Source of the DNA: the human T2T-CHM13v2.0 reference genome, Homo sapiens
Length of the DNA stretch: 64,000 nucleotides
Assembly (NCBI RefSeq): GCF_009914755.1
Contig: NC_060928.1
Reading direction: 5' to 3' (one strand)
Under the pieces are notes generated by a model. It worked only from the letters and a program-made list of their open reading frames with translations, had not been told where the DNA came from and ran no database searches. A program made the position numbers and the translations under genes. Below are positions 12,216-27,358 of this stretch, in pieces (position 1 is the stretch's first letter; every line of letters begins with the position of its first letter).

Positions 12216-13165
12216 GGTGTACGGAGTGTTTCATTTATGTAAACTATAAACATACATAATATAAAATATGAGCTGAAAGCATATAAAATAAGTGAATAAT
12301 ACTGGTTTTCTCTAATGAGGAAAAGAAAGGAACGGTGACACAGACCAAAAGGGGCTTCTACTGTACCTATGCCTGACATACTAAATGCTACGTTAAGTGT
12401 TAGCTATTGTTATTTAAATTACTAAACTTTTACCAACTATATTTTTATCAATAACAACAAGAAAGAATGCCATATGTGGAAACCAAAAGTGCTGCCTTTA
12501 GTAGCAAGGGAATTGAAGAGAGACAACCTGATAGAAGGAATAAAGCCGCTTACAGAAAATTATTTTAACAAACTAACAAGATTTCAACATACTGTAAAAT
12601 GTATAGAACTACTCAAAAGTTATATGGCTAATTAATCATTAATATCTCTCCAATTACACTATATATCCTGTGATATGTCCTTGTTTTACACTTCTTTTAT
12701 TTCCCACAAGACAAAGAGTGTGTTAATCTAATAGGAGTAACCACAACTTTATTACGGTAGTAAATAAAGAAAAGTAAAAAAAGTAAGAGAAAGAAAAAAA
12801 AAGAAACTCTGACAGTGTGCTTTTATATATTACATAGACTGTAATCTCAAACATCAGAAAAAGGTTTAAATTGATCATGATACAACAACATAACAAATGC
12901 AGCCCCAAGATGTATAGCAGCAAATATGGCATGAGATACTCCTGTTACTAAAGCACTTAGGAAAAGAATCTTGAAAAAAAGTATGTTTAAATGATCTTAA
13001 AAACATGCTAAGGCTTTTTTATATAAATTTCAAAACGCACAATTGAGAATAGCTGATAGAAGGAGCAAATGCAACACGCAGATGTTCAACTGCATACTTT
13101 TTCCTCTAAGAAACTAGTTCATTAATGAAAAGCATTTAAGGATGGCAGTAAGTAATTATGCTTAC

Positions 13166-13395
13166 CAGTAAACATTTTAGTAACAGCCTTACTCTGCTTT
13201 CGGGCAGAACAGAGAAGCAATAGCCATGGTGGAAAGAACTCATGGTGACCAGCTAAAAGTGCTGCAACAGTCCCAGATAAGCTGGTAGACGTTTGTTCAC
13301 CTTCAGTAATGTTACACCCTTCATCAACAGAATCAACAAGCAGGTATAGGCTTTGCTGGGGAGGCTTCATTCCCAGAAGAGGGAGTAGAACACAC
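13166..13395 (-). CDS. ANKRD50: ANKRD50 exon 3 (230 nt; aa 171-248), Walker B LLVDSVDE and sensor-1-like LLLLCSAR
   Basis: Acceptor TTTTACAG|G (AG at 13397-13396); donor CTG|GTAAG (GT at 13165-13164); AG|G completes Arg171 and continues [12 protein letters not shown]... in frame. Confidence 0.96.
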
Positions 13396-15894
13396 CTGTA
13401 AAACACATACACATGAGCATTTTGAATGTTAAGTGGCTATGATGTTAAGATTTATTATTCAAACATTAGAGTATTAATTATAAATTCTTTAAGAATAAAA
13501 TAAGGTATTAGAACAAAAAATATTATACAAGTTTCAATTCCTTACTTTAAGTACAACATTGGTCCCAAATAGTTTGTATTTCCAATTACAGCATTTTGAA
13601 CAATCAAGAGTAGGTGGGTGTGTGGGTGTGTGTAATTCAGCATAATTAACAAAGGCATTCAGAATTGAAGAAAACTATATTTCAATATTCCCTTTCTGAT
13701 TGTTTTGAGTCAGTGATAAAAAGCGTGATTTCCTTATGACAAAGCTAAAATGTGTTGCAGAGTGGAAAACAAAACAAACTCTGGGGATCACCTTAATAAA
13801 AAGCAAAATATCAAGAGTTCTGTAGTAGAAGTATTTTATCACCACTTTTCCCACAAAATTACTGCAGTTTATACAAGCTCGTCTTCCACAAATTTTATTT
13901 TAAAAGACTGTACAAAGATGAACTATATTCTAGATCCCATTTGACATATTTTCAAACTTCAAAGTAAGAACAAAGTATTAGGCTTTACTCCATTAATTAA
14001 TGCATTTCTTATGCGTGTAACTTATATTGCAGTTGAATATAACTTTTTCATAAATACAACACGCTCATTCATTTTCAACAAATATTTACTTGATGTGTGC
14101 TGTGGGGTCAATAAGGTGCTGAGCAGATACAACAGTGAAGAGGACATAATCCATCCAGTTATGCACACCAGAAACTTACAAATAATGTGTTCTAAAAGTG
14201 TGTTTTCTTAGTCTTTCAATATAATAGCCACCAAGATCTAATTTATCACCATGCAAGAATCAATATTTCTTTTTAAAAAATCTCAAATATCCTGTAACAT
14301 CATCACTGTAGGCCAACCTACCTCAATTCTTCGTCTCTTTTACCTGGGCTACCCTAACAATCTACATGCCTCCAACAGCTCACCTCCTGTGAGTTTCTAC
14401 TGCAGCCAGGGTCACTTCAAATGTTATTCCAGCCAGACTAGGCTTCTTTCAATGACTTCATGAGACACAATTACACGTGGGCCTTTTCATTTGCAGTTTC
14501 CTCTGCCTGGCATGCACTTCCCGTCTCTCTTCATGTAGTTTATCTTCAATTTTAAGTTGAGAGTAACCTTCTCAAGGTCAAATCCCTACTACATGCTTCC
14601 ATAACGTCAAATACAGTAGTTCTTTTCCACTCCACTAACAAATTTGCAATTTTATATTTAATTATGTAGTGTCTTTTTAAAATTTTTCTTTAACTGTAAG
14701 CATCAAGAGAGACTAAATTGGTTTTACTCATCAGTATACCCCTAGAACCTAGCATAGTGCCCACAGTAGAACCTAAAGACTTGACATTGTTGCAAGCTAG
14801 AATGGAAAATGAATTAACTTCAATGCACTGTTCTCAGTGCTATAAGAAAAAGCAGTAAAATTCCTAACAAGATAAAAAGAAATGACCAACTTAAGTGCAG
14901 TAGGTAGGGAAGGAAGAGAATGTCAGAATAATATTCATATATTAGGTGCTCAAGATGAACTAAGTTTTGAGGAAACAATCATACTGCTACAGGAGGGTAG
15001 AGGGAAGGTGGGGTAATCCTGGCAAGGAACATGCTGAGTTTGGGAAAACCTACTCTATTGTATCTTAAACATATATTTTGTCCATTATGAGCATAAAGAT
15101 GGCTGATGAAAAATCAGTAACGTAGTCATATAGTACAATATATAGAGAACACAATATACTAGAATAATGTACATAATAAGTACCACTTCAGATATAGCAC
15201 ACAGGAAGCCATCTTAAGTTACTTTTGACAGGGGAAGTGTGGGGGAGAGGTCAGGGAAATTGGGAATTGAGGTTGGTAAGGTAATGAGCCAGGAGAAGGA
15301 GTTTAGTCAGGAGAAATAGCTGGGGGTAGGGGAGGACACACAGGAAAGAAAATCTAGTTGAGGCAACAGCACATGCAAAGGCTTAAAGAAGAGAAAGACC
15401 AGTGAAGTATGGAAGAAAGAATTATGAGAAGCATGAAAATGAGTAAATGCTGGGTATTATTATAAATTGTGGGCTTTGCTCTAAGGGTATTAAGAAGCCA
15501 CTGAAATATTTTAAGCAGAAAATTGATATGTTTATACTGGAGTTTAGAAAGGTAACTCTGGTATATGTGAAGGAAAATCTGATATAGGGTAAGTCTAGAA
15601 GGAAAGAGTGAGATATGAGGCCAATGCTTAGAACTTAGAAAAAAAAATCTCCATCCAGAACTACCACTATCACCAAGGCCATCACTGCCAACTTTAATTC
15701 AGTGCTCTATATGCTTTAAGTACTTCACACATCCATTAACTCATCTGATTCTCACATTAATTCTTTAAGGTGGGTACTATTATAATACTCATTTCCAGGA
15801 AAGGTAATCAAGGCACAAGAGGATCAGTCACTTGTTACTTTATAAGTGGTAAGAAAGGGATTCAAGTCCAAGGTCTGGTTCCAGAACCTACACA

Positions 15895-16025
15895 AGGGGG
15901 ACAATCCATCCTGGTTTGCCTGGGACATTCCCAGTTTCAAGTACTGTGTCTCAGGACCCAGCCCCGCCTCTTCCCAATCTCCTTCTCCCCTAGTCCTGGG
16001 CACATCATAGTGGGGGTCAACCTAG
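15895..16025. mobile_element. MER81/MER94-like hAT-Blackjack MITE
   Basis: GACAATCCATCCTGGTTTGCCTGGGACATTCCCAGTTT...AGTCCTGGGCA...GGTCAACCTA resembles the recalled consensus. Confidence 0.5.
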
Positions 16026-16249
16026 TCTCCACTCTTAGCCACTATGGTCCACTGACTAGCCATAACCAATATGAGAAAGTAAATTATAAATTAGTAGCAG
16101 TGGGGATAGCAAAAAGTAGACAGATTTGAAAGAAATTTGGTGAGTAATATTAATAGGATTTAGTGATTATCTCCTTTCTTTTGCCTATTCCAGGATATTT
16201 GCTCTTCTTTACCTAGTTTCTTACAGTGGAAATTGAAGTCATTTTCCAT

Positions 16250-17400
<1,151 letters not shown>

Positions 17401-17534
17401 TTTTGTCCACATAATTTTGTAACGTACATGTATGTCAGTAGGATATATTACTAGGAATAGAATTGTTAGATTAAGGGACACCTTTATGTATATTTTGATA
17501 GATATTGCCAAAGTGATGCTGTCCTTATAAATTT

Positions 17535-17656
17535 TATATATATACACACACATACATACATATATACACACACATAATGTATATATATACCCATATATGT
17601 AATGTGTGTGTACATATTTATCACACACATATATATGTATATATTTATACACACAC
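17535..17656. repeat. (TA/CA/TG)n compound low-complexity microsatellite
   Basis: Alternating TA, CA and TG runs read directly. Confidence 0.85.
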
Positions 17657-17794
17657 AGGCAACAGTTGTGTAACAGTAGGTGTTTTCCTAGCCTCTCCAT
17701 AATAGTGATTAATGTTATTTACTTTTTCTACAGCTAGGTGAAAAATGGCATCCTCATTATAGTTAAAAAAAACTATACAATACATATATTAATA

Positions 17795-18030
17795 TTATAT
17801 ACTATATAATAGTTGTACATATTTTGGGGGTACGAAATATGTGATATTTTGATACCTACATGCAATCTGTAATGATCAAATCAGGGTAATCGTGGTACCT
17901 ATCACCTCAAACATTTATATCTTCTGTGTACTAAGAATATTACAATTCTTCTTTTCTAGCTATTTTGAAATGTAATATTGTTAACTAGTATTATTGAATA
18001 CTAGAACATATCCCTTCTATTTATGTACCC
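17795..18030 (-). mobile_element. L1MA-type 3' end fragment
   Basis: ATAATAGTTGTACATATTTTGGGGG...TGTAATGATCAAATCAGGGTAA...ATCACCTCAAACATTTAT is typical antisense L1MA 3'UTR. Confidence 0.7.
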
Positions 18031-18195
18031 CTTCATGCTTTTAATTTATAATTCCTTACCATAAGGGCAATCATATTCACATGTGCCTAGGAATCATATT
18101 TCTTTTTCTTTAAATTGTGTTTTCATACACTTTACCCATTTCCCCAAAGACTGCCAATTTTTCTCTTATTGGCACTCTTTAAGTGTTAAGAAATT

Positions 18196-18264
18196 GAGAT
18201 AGTGCCACTCCACTCCAGGCTGGGTGACAGAGTGAGACTCCGTCTCAAAAAAAAAAAAAAAAAA
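18196..18264 (+). mobile_element. Severely 5'-truncated Alu (last ~50 nt plus poly(A))
   Basis: GAGATAGTGCCACTCCACTCCAGGCTGGGTGACAGAGTGAGACTCCGTCTC then A18; AAATTG on both sides. Confidence 0.85.
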
Positions 18265-21200
18265 TTGTTTGTTGTATGTAATACAATTTTTTTCCACCAT
18301 TTGTCATTTTTCTTTTGACTTTTTGAAAGGTTTTTTTTGGACATGTACAATTTCTTTTTTTTTTTTTTACTTTTATATAGATAATACATCAGTCTTTTTT
18401 TTTTTTTTTTCCATTTATAGCTTCTAAGTTTTATGTCACATTTCTAAGGGGATTCCCCAGTTCAGTGACAATAAGAAAAGATTTTTGCTATGTTCCATCT
18501 CATTCTGTTGTTTCACCAACTCTTTTCCAAGCACTTATATCTCTGCTTCATGCAACTGTTTAACTTGGGCAATCACTCATTAATTGTTTTCATTTAAGGC
18601 AATATATTTGGTCAAAGATTCCTTTTGTTCGATGAAAACATTTTTTATGGTGTTTCTTATGCCCTGTTTTTCACATTCCTTCCCCATTTGTTCTTGAGAT
18701 ATATTTTATGTATCCTGTGATAGCTCTTTTTGAGTAAATTCTTTCTGGATCAGCAATTAAAAGTTGAGTGTATGCAGTGTCTAGGCTGGCAAGAAGTCTC
18801 CTTATGCGTCAGAGTTATAGGTATAAACAATTTCTTTGAGCTTTGACTTCTCCCCAGCCAATTAAGATCAAAAGCTATGGGGATGTACACAACCCGTAGA
18901 GTTTACTACACCCAATACCTTTTACTACACCCAATACTACACTCAATACCTTCCTCCTGCACATACATGGCTCATCTGTGTGACTCATTCTGCCTTCCCC
19001 TCTTCATTCTTTCTATATGCTTATCTGGGTCCAGGAAACTGCTACCATAAGTCTATAACTTATCTCCCTGGGATCAAATGAGAGCTTTTGTCCTCTTGAT
19101 ATTCATCAGCATATGCACTTATTTCAACGAATAATGGTCTGCCAGCTTTGCATCTCAATTTGATATTAACTTTCACATTAGATTGAGGTTTGGGATTATA
19201 GGTCTCTCATAGTTTCAAAATACATAGAGCTTTTCATTCACTTTCTTGCCTTGAAGTTATTCCCCAGTACTATTTAAAATGGTCTTAGTCATGTAAAAAG
19301 TAGATAGGATTCATTCCTAAGTCCTCCTTTTCGTTTTAGCACATTGTCTTCCTTTCTGTTTTAACACCAAGCTTTTTTCTTTTTCCCCCCCATTCAGGAC
19401 CTATTTCTAACACTGAGCTTTTTTCTCTACCAAGAAAGCTCCCTCGCCAGGCAGTACTTCTTATCCTTCAGGTTTCAGCACAAGTTTTACTCCTGAAAGA
19501 AGCCTTCTCTGACCACCATATCTAAAGCAGCCCTCATCACCATTACTGTTCCTGCAATTGTTTTTTTGTAGCATTTATCACATTCTTAGATTAACTTGTT
19601 GTGTTACTTCTGTACTGCTTTTGTTACAAGGCTGAGAGTGAAGCTCCTGCACACCTCCACATCTCCTTGCCCATAATGTAGGCTTCAGGAGGGCAGGAAC
19701 TATGCCTATCTTGTGCACTGTTAAATTTCCCAGCACTCAAAACCACTCTTAGCACATCACAAACACTCAATAAATTTGCTTCATGAATGAATGATACTTG
19801 ATGGAAAAAGTTTTGTTACTTTAAAACAAAGGATTAAAAATTTACTAAACTCAGAATTTCCATATTAAGTTCCCTTTCAATTATTTCAAAAGCACCTATT
19901 TGGGGATGTCTACATCAAGTGACACACAGATTCACATTTTTCTGTTAGGTTACATTTTATCATTTGTAAAATGAAAATCCCACCAAAGTATGTGTACACA
20001 ACACATAAATAATTTAGACAGTCTAAAACAGACTTTTCTGTATTTGTGAATATTTATATACATGTATATTATTATTATTCCAAATGAGATAATGTAATGA
20101 CAGTCGGTTATCACAATCATACAAAGATAACACCGTATTTAAAAGCAACGGTATTGTACAGGGTTTGACTTTGTATGTGTATCTTAACTAAATGTCTTAC
20201 ATTTCTTACCTTCATTAATATTGAGCCAATATTTATTACATTCTTAATTTTTTATTAATTCAATTTAAAATCCTAGAGTTAGTTTTTCCCCCATTTTCAC
20301 TTGTCTTGAAAATGAGGAATGCCAAGATCATCCTTCTGTAGCTAGCCTTTTGATTGATTTACTTAATTTTTTTAAAAAGTGACAGATAAAATTATATGTA
20401 TTTACCATGTATAACATGATGTTTTGAAGTAGATATACATTGAGGAAGGCCTAATTCTAACTAATTAACATATGCATTACTTCACATAGTTATCATTTTT
20501 GTGGTGACACTCTTGATTTCCTGGCAGAAAGGCAGCTGAAACTGAAATGAAAGACATCCATTGTTCTTTTTCTTTGATACAATGAATTTACTTACTGCCT
20601 TTTTCTTAGGAGATTAATAAGCTTTTAAAGCTACTATAAATAAATTATAAGGAATATACTATTAGATAATAGATGAACAGATTGAACATGAAAAAGTGTC
20701 TTTAGAATTAAAATTGTTTCTATGAAACATCAGGTTTCAGCTCACTTTCTTCCTCACTTGTTCAGACATAGAGTATTAGGAAGAATGTCCCTCCTAGCCT
20801 TTTAACAAAACACCTCAGACAAGCTGGAGGGAGAAAAATTGTGAATTACAGACAGAATGTGGAGCCCCTGGGGCCACTGATAAAGAGCGTTCACACTCGC
20901 TTGCTGCCTTTTCTCTACTGACCCCTTAGGGGTTTAAAAACTACAGCAACCACCCTGGCTGGGAAAGGTATGGAATGAAGCTCCGCCCCCAGACTAGGCT
21001 CTTCTCCCATATGACCCCTATGGAAAAGCCTTAACAAGGAGTGGGTGGGGAGGAATAGAATAAGCATTACTTGTCCTTGAGGCACAAGTGAAACCCACCG
21101 CAGCCTACAGCAACGGGATGGGCAGGATCAGAAGACCTCACCCCAGTCTGAGGGGTATAATATAATCTTAATCAGAAAAACAGAAAATGTCCCCATTCTC

Positions 21201-21534
21201 TGCCCTCACTGCTGAGAGAGTTGTAGAAGAGAAGAATTTGAGAGCTGAAGGTAGAGAAGATATTGAGAAAATCCACCTGGAAAATCAGCCCATGCCCTAA
21301 ATACAACATATTATTAGAAGATTTGAGGTCAGAGGTGCACTGAGGGTACCCACAGCAACAACAAATATCAAATTTTGTGACTCCTGACTAGCTTAACTCA
21401 CCTCTCCTCCACATTAAAGCCTCCTGCAGAAAACAAAAACTAGGCCCATTTCCAGGTAAAGACCATTTACAATTATTTTCCAGTTGTTTGACATACGGTA
21501 TGTGGCTTCAAAAAATAATTATAAAATACTAAAA

Positions 21535-23010
21535 TAACGGAAATAATTCTGAAAGAGAAAAATAAAGTTGAAGGACTCACACTACCCAATTTTAAGATTT
21601 ACTATTAAAGCTAGTGCAATCAAGACAGTATGCTATGTATTTGTTAAAGACAGATTAATAAAAATTCTGGAAACAGAGCAGCATAAATATAGGAACATGA
21701 TTTTTCACAAAGTTGTAGAGGTAATTCAATTGAGAAAGGCAGGTTTTTTGTTTTTTTGTTTTTGTTTTTGTTTTTTTTCCAACAAATGATGCTGAACAAA
21801 CAATAACAGCTGGATGCCCAAATGCAAAAAAGACGAACTTCAATACATATCTCTCACCCCGTCCCACAAAAATTTACTCAACACAGATCATAAACTTAAG
21901 TGTAAAACATAAAACTATAAAACTTTTAGGAGAAAATCTTTGTAATACTGAGTTAGATAAAGAGTTTTTAGACACTTCACCAAAAGCGGGATCCATAGAA
22001 GGAAAAAAAAAATTGAAAACTTGACTTTATCAAAATTAGCTATAGCTATTAGATACTGTTAAGATAATGAAAAGAAAAGCTGAAGACTGGGAGAAAATAT
22101 TCGTAAAGCAAATTTCTGACTAAGGCTCATATTAAGAATACATAAATCACTCTCAAAACACTAAGAAAACAAATTGTTTTTAAATGGGCAGAAGATTAAA
22201 ATAGACACTTTAGAGAGGAAGAGAGAAGGGCATCAAATAAACATAAAAACGTGCTCAACATCATCAGTCATTAGAGAAGTTCAAATTAAAACCACAGTGT
22301 GATACCACTAGACACCTATTAGAATTGTGCAAATAAGTAAAAACCCTGACAACACCAAGTGCTGGTGCAGAGCAATGGCATAGCCATTTCCAACGGTACA
22401 ACCACTTCAGAAAAGTCTGACAGGTTTCTAAAAAAGTTAAAGATACACCTACTACATGTCCTAGCAATCCCACTTCTAAGTATTTACCAAAATGAACTGA
22501 AAATGTATGGCCACATGAAAATCTGTACATAAATGACATAAATGTTTACAGCAGCTTTATTTATAATCCCCCAAATTAGAAACAGTGTACAGGATCTTCT
22601 ACTAGTGAAGGGATAAACTAACTGTGGCATATCCATACAACAGAGTATCACTCAGTCATAAGAGAAAAAACAAAAAAGGAAAAACAACTACTATTGATCC
22701 ACACAACAGCATGGGTGAATCCTAAATCAATTTTCTAAGTTAAAGAGCCCAGTTCCAAAAGGCTGCACATACTATTGCATTTATATGACACATGGAAAAA
22801 GTAAAACTATTGTAGGAATAAAATTTACATCAGTGGTTGCCATAGGTTGGAGTGGGGGAAGGAGTTTACTAAAAAGGACAGCAAGTAGGAATTGTTGGGG
22901 TGATGGAACTGCTCTATATCACAACTAGGTGGATCCATGACTCCATGCATCTATCAAAATTATAAACCTGTACTCTACAAACAGTAAATTTTACTGTATG
23001 AAAAATGAAA
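21535..23010 (+). mobile_element. L1MC/MD-like ORF2 3' part and 3'UTR (degenerate)
   Basis: AAAGTTGAAGGACTCACACTACC...CAATCAAGACAGT...CAAATTAAAACCACAGTGTGATACCAC...CTAGCAATCCCACTTCTAAGTATTTACC; reading frame broken. Confidence 0.8.
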
Positions 23011-23853
23011 ATAACGCAAAATTATTACTTGTTAACGTTTCTTTGAAATGCAAAAGACATAGCTTGGTACTACCAGGGAGTCAGAATACTCAGAACTCAG
23101 GAGACTAACTATGTCCTCCATATGTGCAATATTGAGCAAGTCACTGTTAATGAGTTGTCTTCTTTCCAGTTGGTATTCTGAGGTTCTTCTGAACAGACCA
23201 ATGCTCTTAGATCAGATCATTAACACTGAAGTCAGCGAAGCCCATCTAAACCTACTAGAATGCTGAATCAAACTATAGGATTCTGTTTTCCAGGATCTGA
23301 CCAACAATTGGCGCCTTATCAATTTCTCTAACCTCATCAGCCCTGCACTTGGTTCTTTAAACAGATCCTCCCTTTGGCCTTAGAACTTTCATATATGCTG
23401 GAATTTCCACCACTCCTCACTTCAAGGTTTTTATTATCCTTTAGAGATCAGCTCAAATATCACTAATTCAGAGAGGTCTTCCCTGACTACATTTCTCACC
23501 CGACAACCCAAAGTAGGTAAAATTCTCTATGTATACACTCCTATAACATCCATGAAAGCCCTTATAACAAATGTAATTAATCAAGTAACTAAGGAATTGG
23601 CAGTTTAGCATCCACTTTCAAAAACTTTGGGAGAGAAGGAACCACCTACATATTATTCACCACCGTATTTCCAGCAGCTAGCACAGAACTTCACACAAAG
23701 TGGATGATTTATAAATATTTATGGAATGAATGAATGAATGGGTTTATTTCATTATTGATATACAGAACAGTGCTTATTCATTCCACTGTCACGTCTTTAA
23801 GATTAAACAAAAACAACAGTTCACTGTTGGCTTGCACTCAGCTCCTAGGTGCT

Positions 23854-24353
23854 TGTGATGGTTCATTTTATGTGCCAACTTGACTGGGTGACAGGGTGCC
23901 CAGACATTTGGTCAAATATTAATGCAGGTATGTCTGTGAGGGTGTTTCTGGATGAAACTGACATTTGAATGGGTAGACTGAGTAAAGCAGATTGTCCTTC
24001 CTAATGTGGGTGGTGGCCTTCATCCAATCAAAGATTGAATACAACAAAAGGCTAACCCTTCCACCTGACTGCACGAGGTGGGACAGCAGTCCTTTTCTGC
24101 CTTTGGACCTGAAAAATCAGCTCTTCTTGGGTCTTCAGACTGCTGACTTTCATACTGGAATTTACACCATTAGCTCTCCTGATTCTCAGGCCTCCGGGCT
24201 CCACTGACATGAAACTAGTGGCTCTCCTGGGTTTGCAGCTTGTTGACTACAGGTCTTAGGATTTCTTAGCCCCAAAATTGTGTGAGCCAATTCCTTACAA
24301 TAAATCTCTTTTAATACATATATGGCTCTGTTTGTCTAGAGAATCATAATACA
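23854..24353 (+). mobile_element. MLT2 (ERVL) solo LTR
   Basis: Starts TGTGATGGTTCATTTTATGTGCCAACTTGACTGG, has AATAAA near the 3' end, ends AATACA; near-TSD GTGCT/GGGCT. Confidence 0.82.
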
Positions 24354-25703
24354 GGGCTTACTGCAAAAATTTCCCTTCATATAGGTTACTTTATTAAATT
24401 TACTCTTACATAATTTGTGTTTTTTAAAATGTGTATTCTATATCTTATACTTGTATCCACAAAACATTTATATCTTCCCACCCACTTTTGCAGTATTAGT
24501 CTATTCTTACCATACTCCAAAGTACTAGATAAAAGGCTGTATGATTTTTTTTGGTTTGGGCTCAAGAAAGAAGCAAATTAAGCTGCTACCAAAGGAAATG
24601 CTAGAGTTACACAAAAACAAACAAAAAATTCATGTGTCATTAAGAGAGGAGTACCTCTCAAATGCAGGGACATTTGGAATATGCCAAAATGTGGCAAAAA
24701 CTGTTACTGTCACTCAGGAGTAACAATGAATACTCAACATCTTTCTTTGACTTCTGCAAGACTAGAGAAATATCCATATGTCATCTCTGAAATCCCAGCT
24801 TCCAGAAAAATGGCAACACACAATTACCTCATTTCCTATACTCTTGATAACTGATCTTTTCTTAAGATTAAGCTGCATTATATAAATTACCAGCTAACCT
24901 TTGAGGAGAGGGAGCAAATCTTCTGAGAAAAGTCTTTTTTAATATTTGTAACAGATTTATTTTCATGTAAGAGCATTTCCCCAAAAATGTACATTTCCAG
25001 CTAATAAGCTAGAAAAAATAGATATTGGTAATTAAAACTAGGACAATACAATAAACAGTACAATAAAATAATCAGTTATTTAAAATAAATAGCATTACCT
25101 TTACAAATTAAAGTGTTACCTTAAAAATTTTTAAAAAGACCATGCATGGTTTACTACAATTAACTGCTGTAGGCTTTAACATCTCCCCACTCTTGGGATG
25201 CTGTTAAATAATTCTCACAATTTTTGATAAAAATTATACTACTAGAACACTCTACTGTAAGTTTGGGGTGAACAGTACAATTATATTTCTTTAAGGCCAC
25301 TGACTTGTGTGAGAGATGGCAAGACCAAGTATAGAAAGAAGTAAGGAAGAACGAATCAATTGTGGCTCATGTACCCCAAACAAATTTGTGAGTATTTTTC
25401 AGAGATACATTGTCTGACTCACTTATACTTTCTATTAAATAGTATAGGCATACATTAACTCAATAAATATAATGTATTCTCTTTGTTATGGCCTTAAGAG
25501 TAAATGGTAGAGGAATATCAGGAGGAACAATCAAATAGGACTGAGAGAGAAAGGAAGAAAGGACAAGGATAGAAAGAAATAGAGGAAGAGGCTCTATGGT
25601 TTGAATTGTAAATGGAGTGGCAATTCCCCACTTTCACTTACGATTCAAAATATTATGTTATTCTGCACTTGTTTGTTATCCATTGGCTTTAAAAAGGAGA
25701 ACA

Positions 25704-26017
<314 letters not shown>

Positions 26018-26363
26018 GGAGAACAGTACTTAACATTTCTAACTCTCTGAAGATACTAAAGTTCAATAAATTATTTTTTTGGGTTATGATCAGCGTAACA
26101 TTAGTAAAACAAAGTTTGTAGCAAGGATTTCCCATTTCTGCTCTAAACAGTACACTTAAAACATTCTGATGTCTCATGTAATTCTCTCCCCCTGGCCCTT
26201 TTTGAGTCTCCTACAAACAGTGCAATATGAATGAAAAATACACTTTTCTCTAGGAAAAACTGTGTGCCTCTAGTGAAAGGTCCTAAAATTAGAGCAGAAG
26301 AGAAAACTAATGCAACAGCAATCCAAAATTACTGATCACTGATTTCTACTTGAAAGCAGTACA

Positions 26364-26735
26364 CAAGTTGAGCATTCCTATTCCAAAAATCTGAAATACA
26401 AATCCAAAATGCTCCAAAGTCTGAAACTTTTTGAGCACTGACATGATAACACAAGTGGAAAATTCCACACCTGACGTCATGGGACAAGCCGAAGTCAAAA
26501 TGCAGGCACACCACACACAGTTTATTTGTGTTCCCAAGGGAAAAATAAAAAATTACCTTCAGGCTATATGTATAAAGTATAGATGACACATAAATGAATT
26601 TCATGTTTAGACTTAGGTCCCATCCCCAAGATTTCTCATTATGTATATGAGAATATTCCAAAATCAAACAAAATATATATCCAAAATCTGAAACATTCTG
26701 ATCCCATATATTTTGGATAACGTATACTCAACTTG
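26364..26735. mobile_element. Tigger4b/MER46-like TcMar DNA transposon relic
   Basis: Terminal inverted repeats CAAGTTGAG...CTCAACTTG, followed by TA; internal AATGCTCCAAAGTCTGAAACTTTTTGAGC...CAAGTGGAAAATTCCACACCTGAC. Confidence 0.8.
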
Positions 26736-26994
26736 TATTAATTCAGGCTGCTCTGCATTTGGAAGTGGATAATGAACTAAAACTCTCAAGTACTAAACAC
26801 TCAATATATAGACACTGAAATATATGGTTGGAAAGTGACTTAACTGGTAAATATTTTAAAGCAATTTGGCTTTCTGGAGGGAGGTAATGGTTGGGGGGAT
26901 ATAATGCATTTGTCTTTTAAATTAAATACATATGTAATGTATGTTAATTAATTTTCTTCTTCAGGAAGTCAAGCTAAACATAAAAAAATCATCC

Positions 26995-27358
26995 TGCTAT
27001 GTTTAAATGTTTGAGTCCCTCCCAAAATTCACTTTAAAATCCTAACCCCCAATGTGATGGTATAAGAGGCAGGGCCTGTAGGAGGCAATTAAGTCATGAG
27101 GGCAGAAACTTCATGAATGGTATTAATGTTCTATAAGAGACCCCAGAGAGCTAGCTCATCCCTTTTATACCATGCGATGACAAAATACAGCAAGAAGGTG
27201 CCATCTATGAACAAAGAAACAGGACCTGACCAGACTTCAAACCTGCCCATATCTTGAGCTTGGACTTTCCAGCATCCAGAACCAAAAGAAAAATGCTGTT
27301 GCTTATAAGCTACCTAGTCTATTGCATTTTGTTTTAGCAGCCTGTATGGACTAAGACA
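26995..27358 (+). mobile_element. MLT1A-like MaLR solo LTR
   Basis: TGCTATG...CCCAAAATTC...CCTAACCCCCAATGTGATGG...TTGGACTTTCCAGCATCCAGAAC...GGACTAAGACA. Confidence 0.82.

Noticed and set aside
13122-13412. 96-aa ORF as a standalone gene
   Set aside because: It is exon 3 plus intronic flanks; the ATG and stop lie outside the AG/GT boundaries.
18902-18952. Short tandem duplications (also 18-bp unit at ~51149-51186 and TGAGGAAACCC twice at ~58855-58885)
   Set aside because: Ordinary slippage duplications with no sign of function.
21535-23010. Active L1 or intact reverse transcriptase
   Set aside because: Only short broken frames remain; an old, highly diverged fragment.
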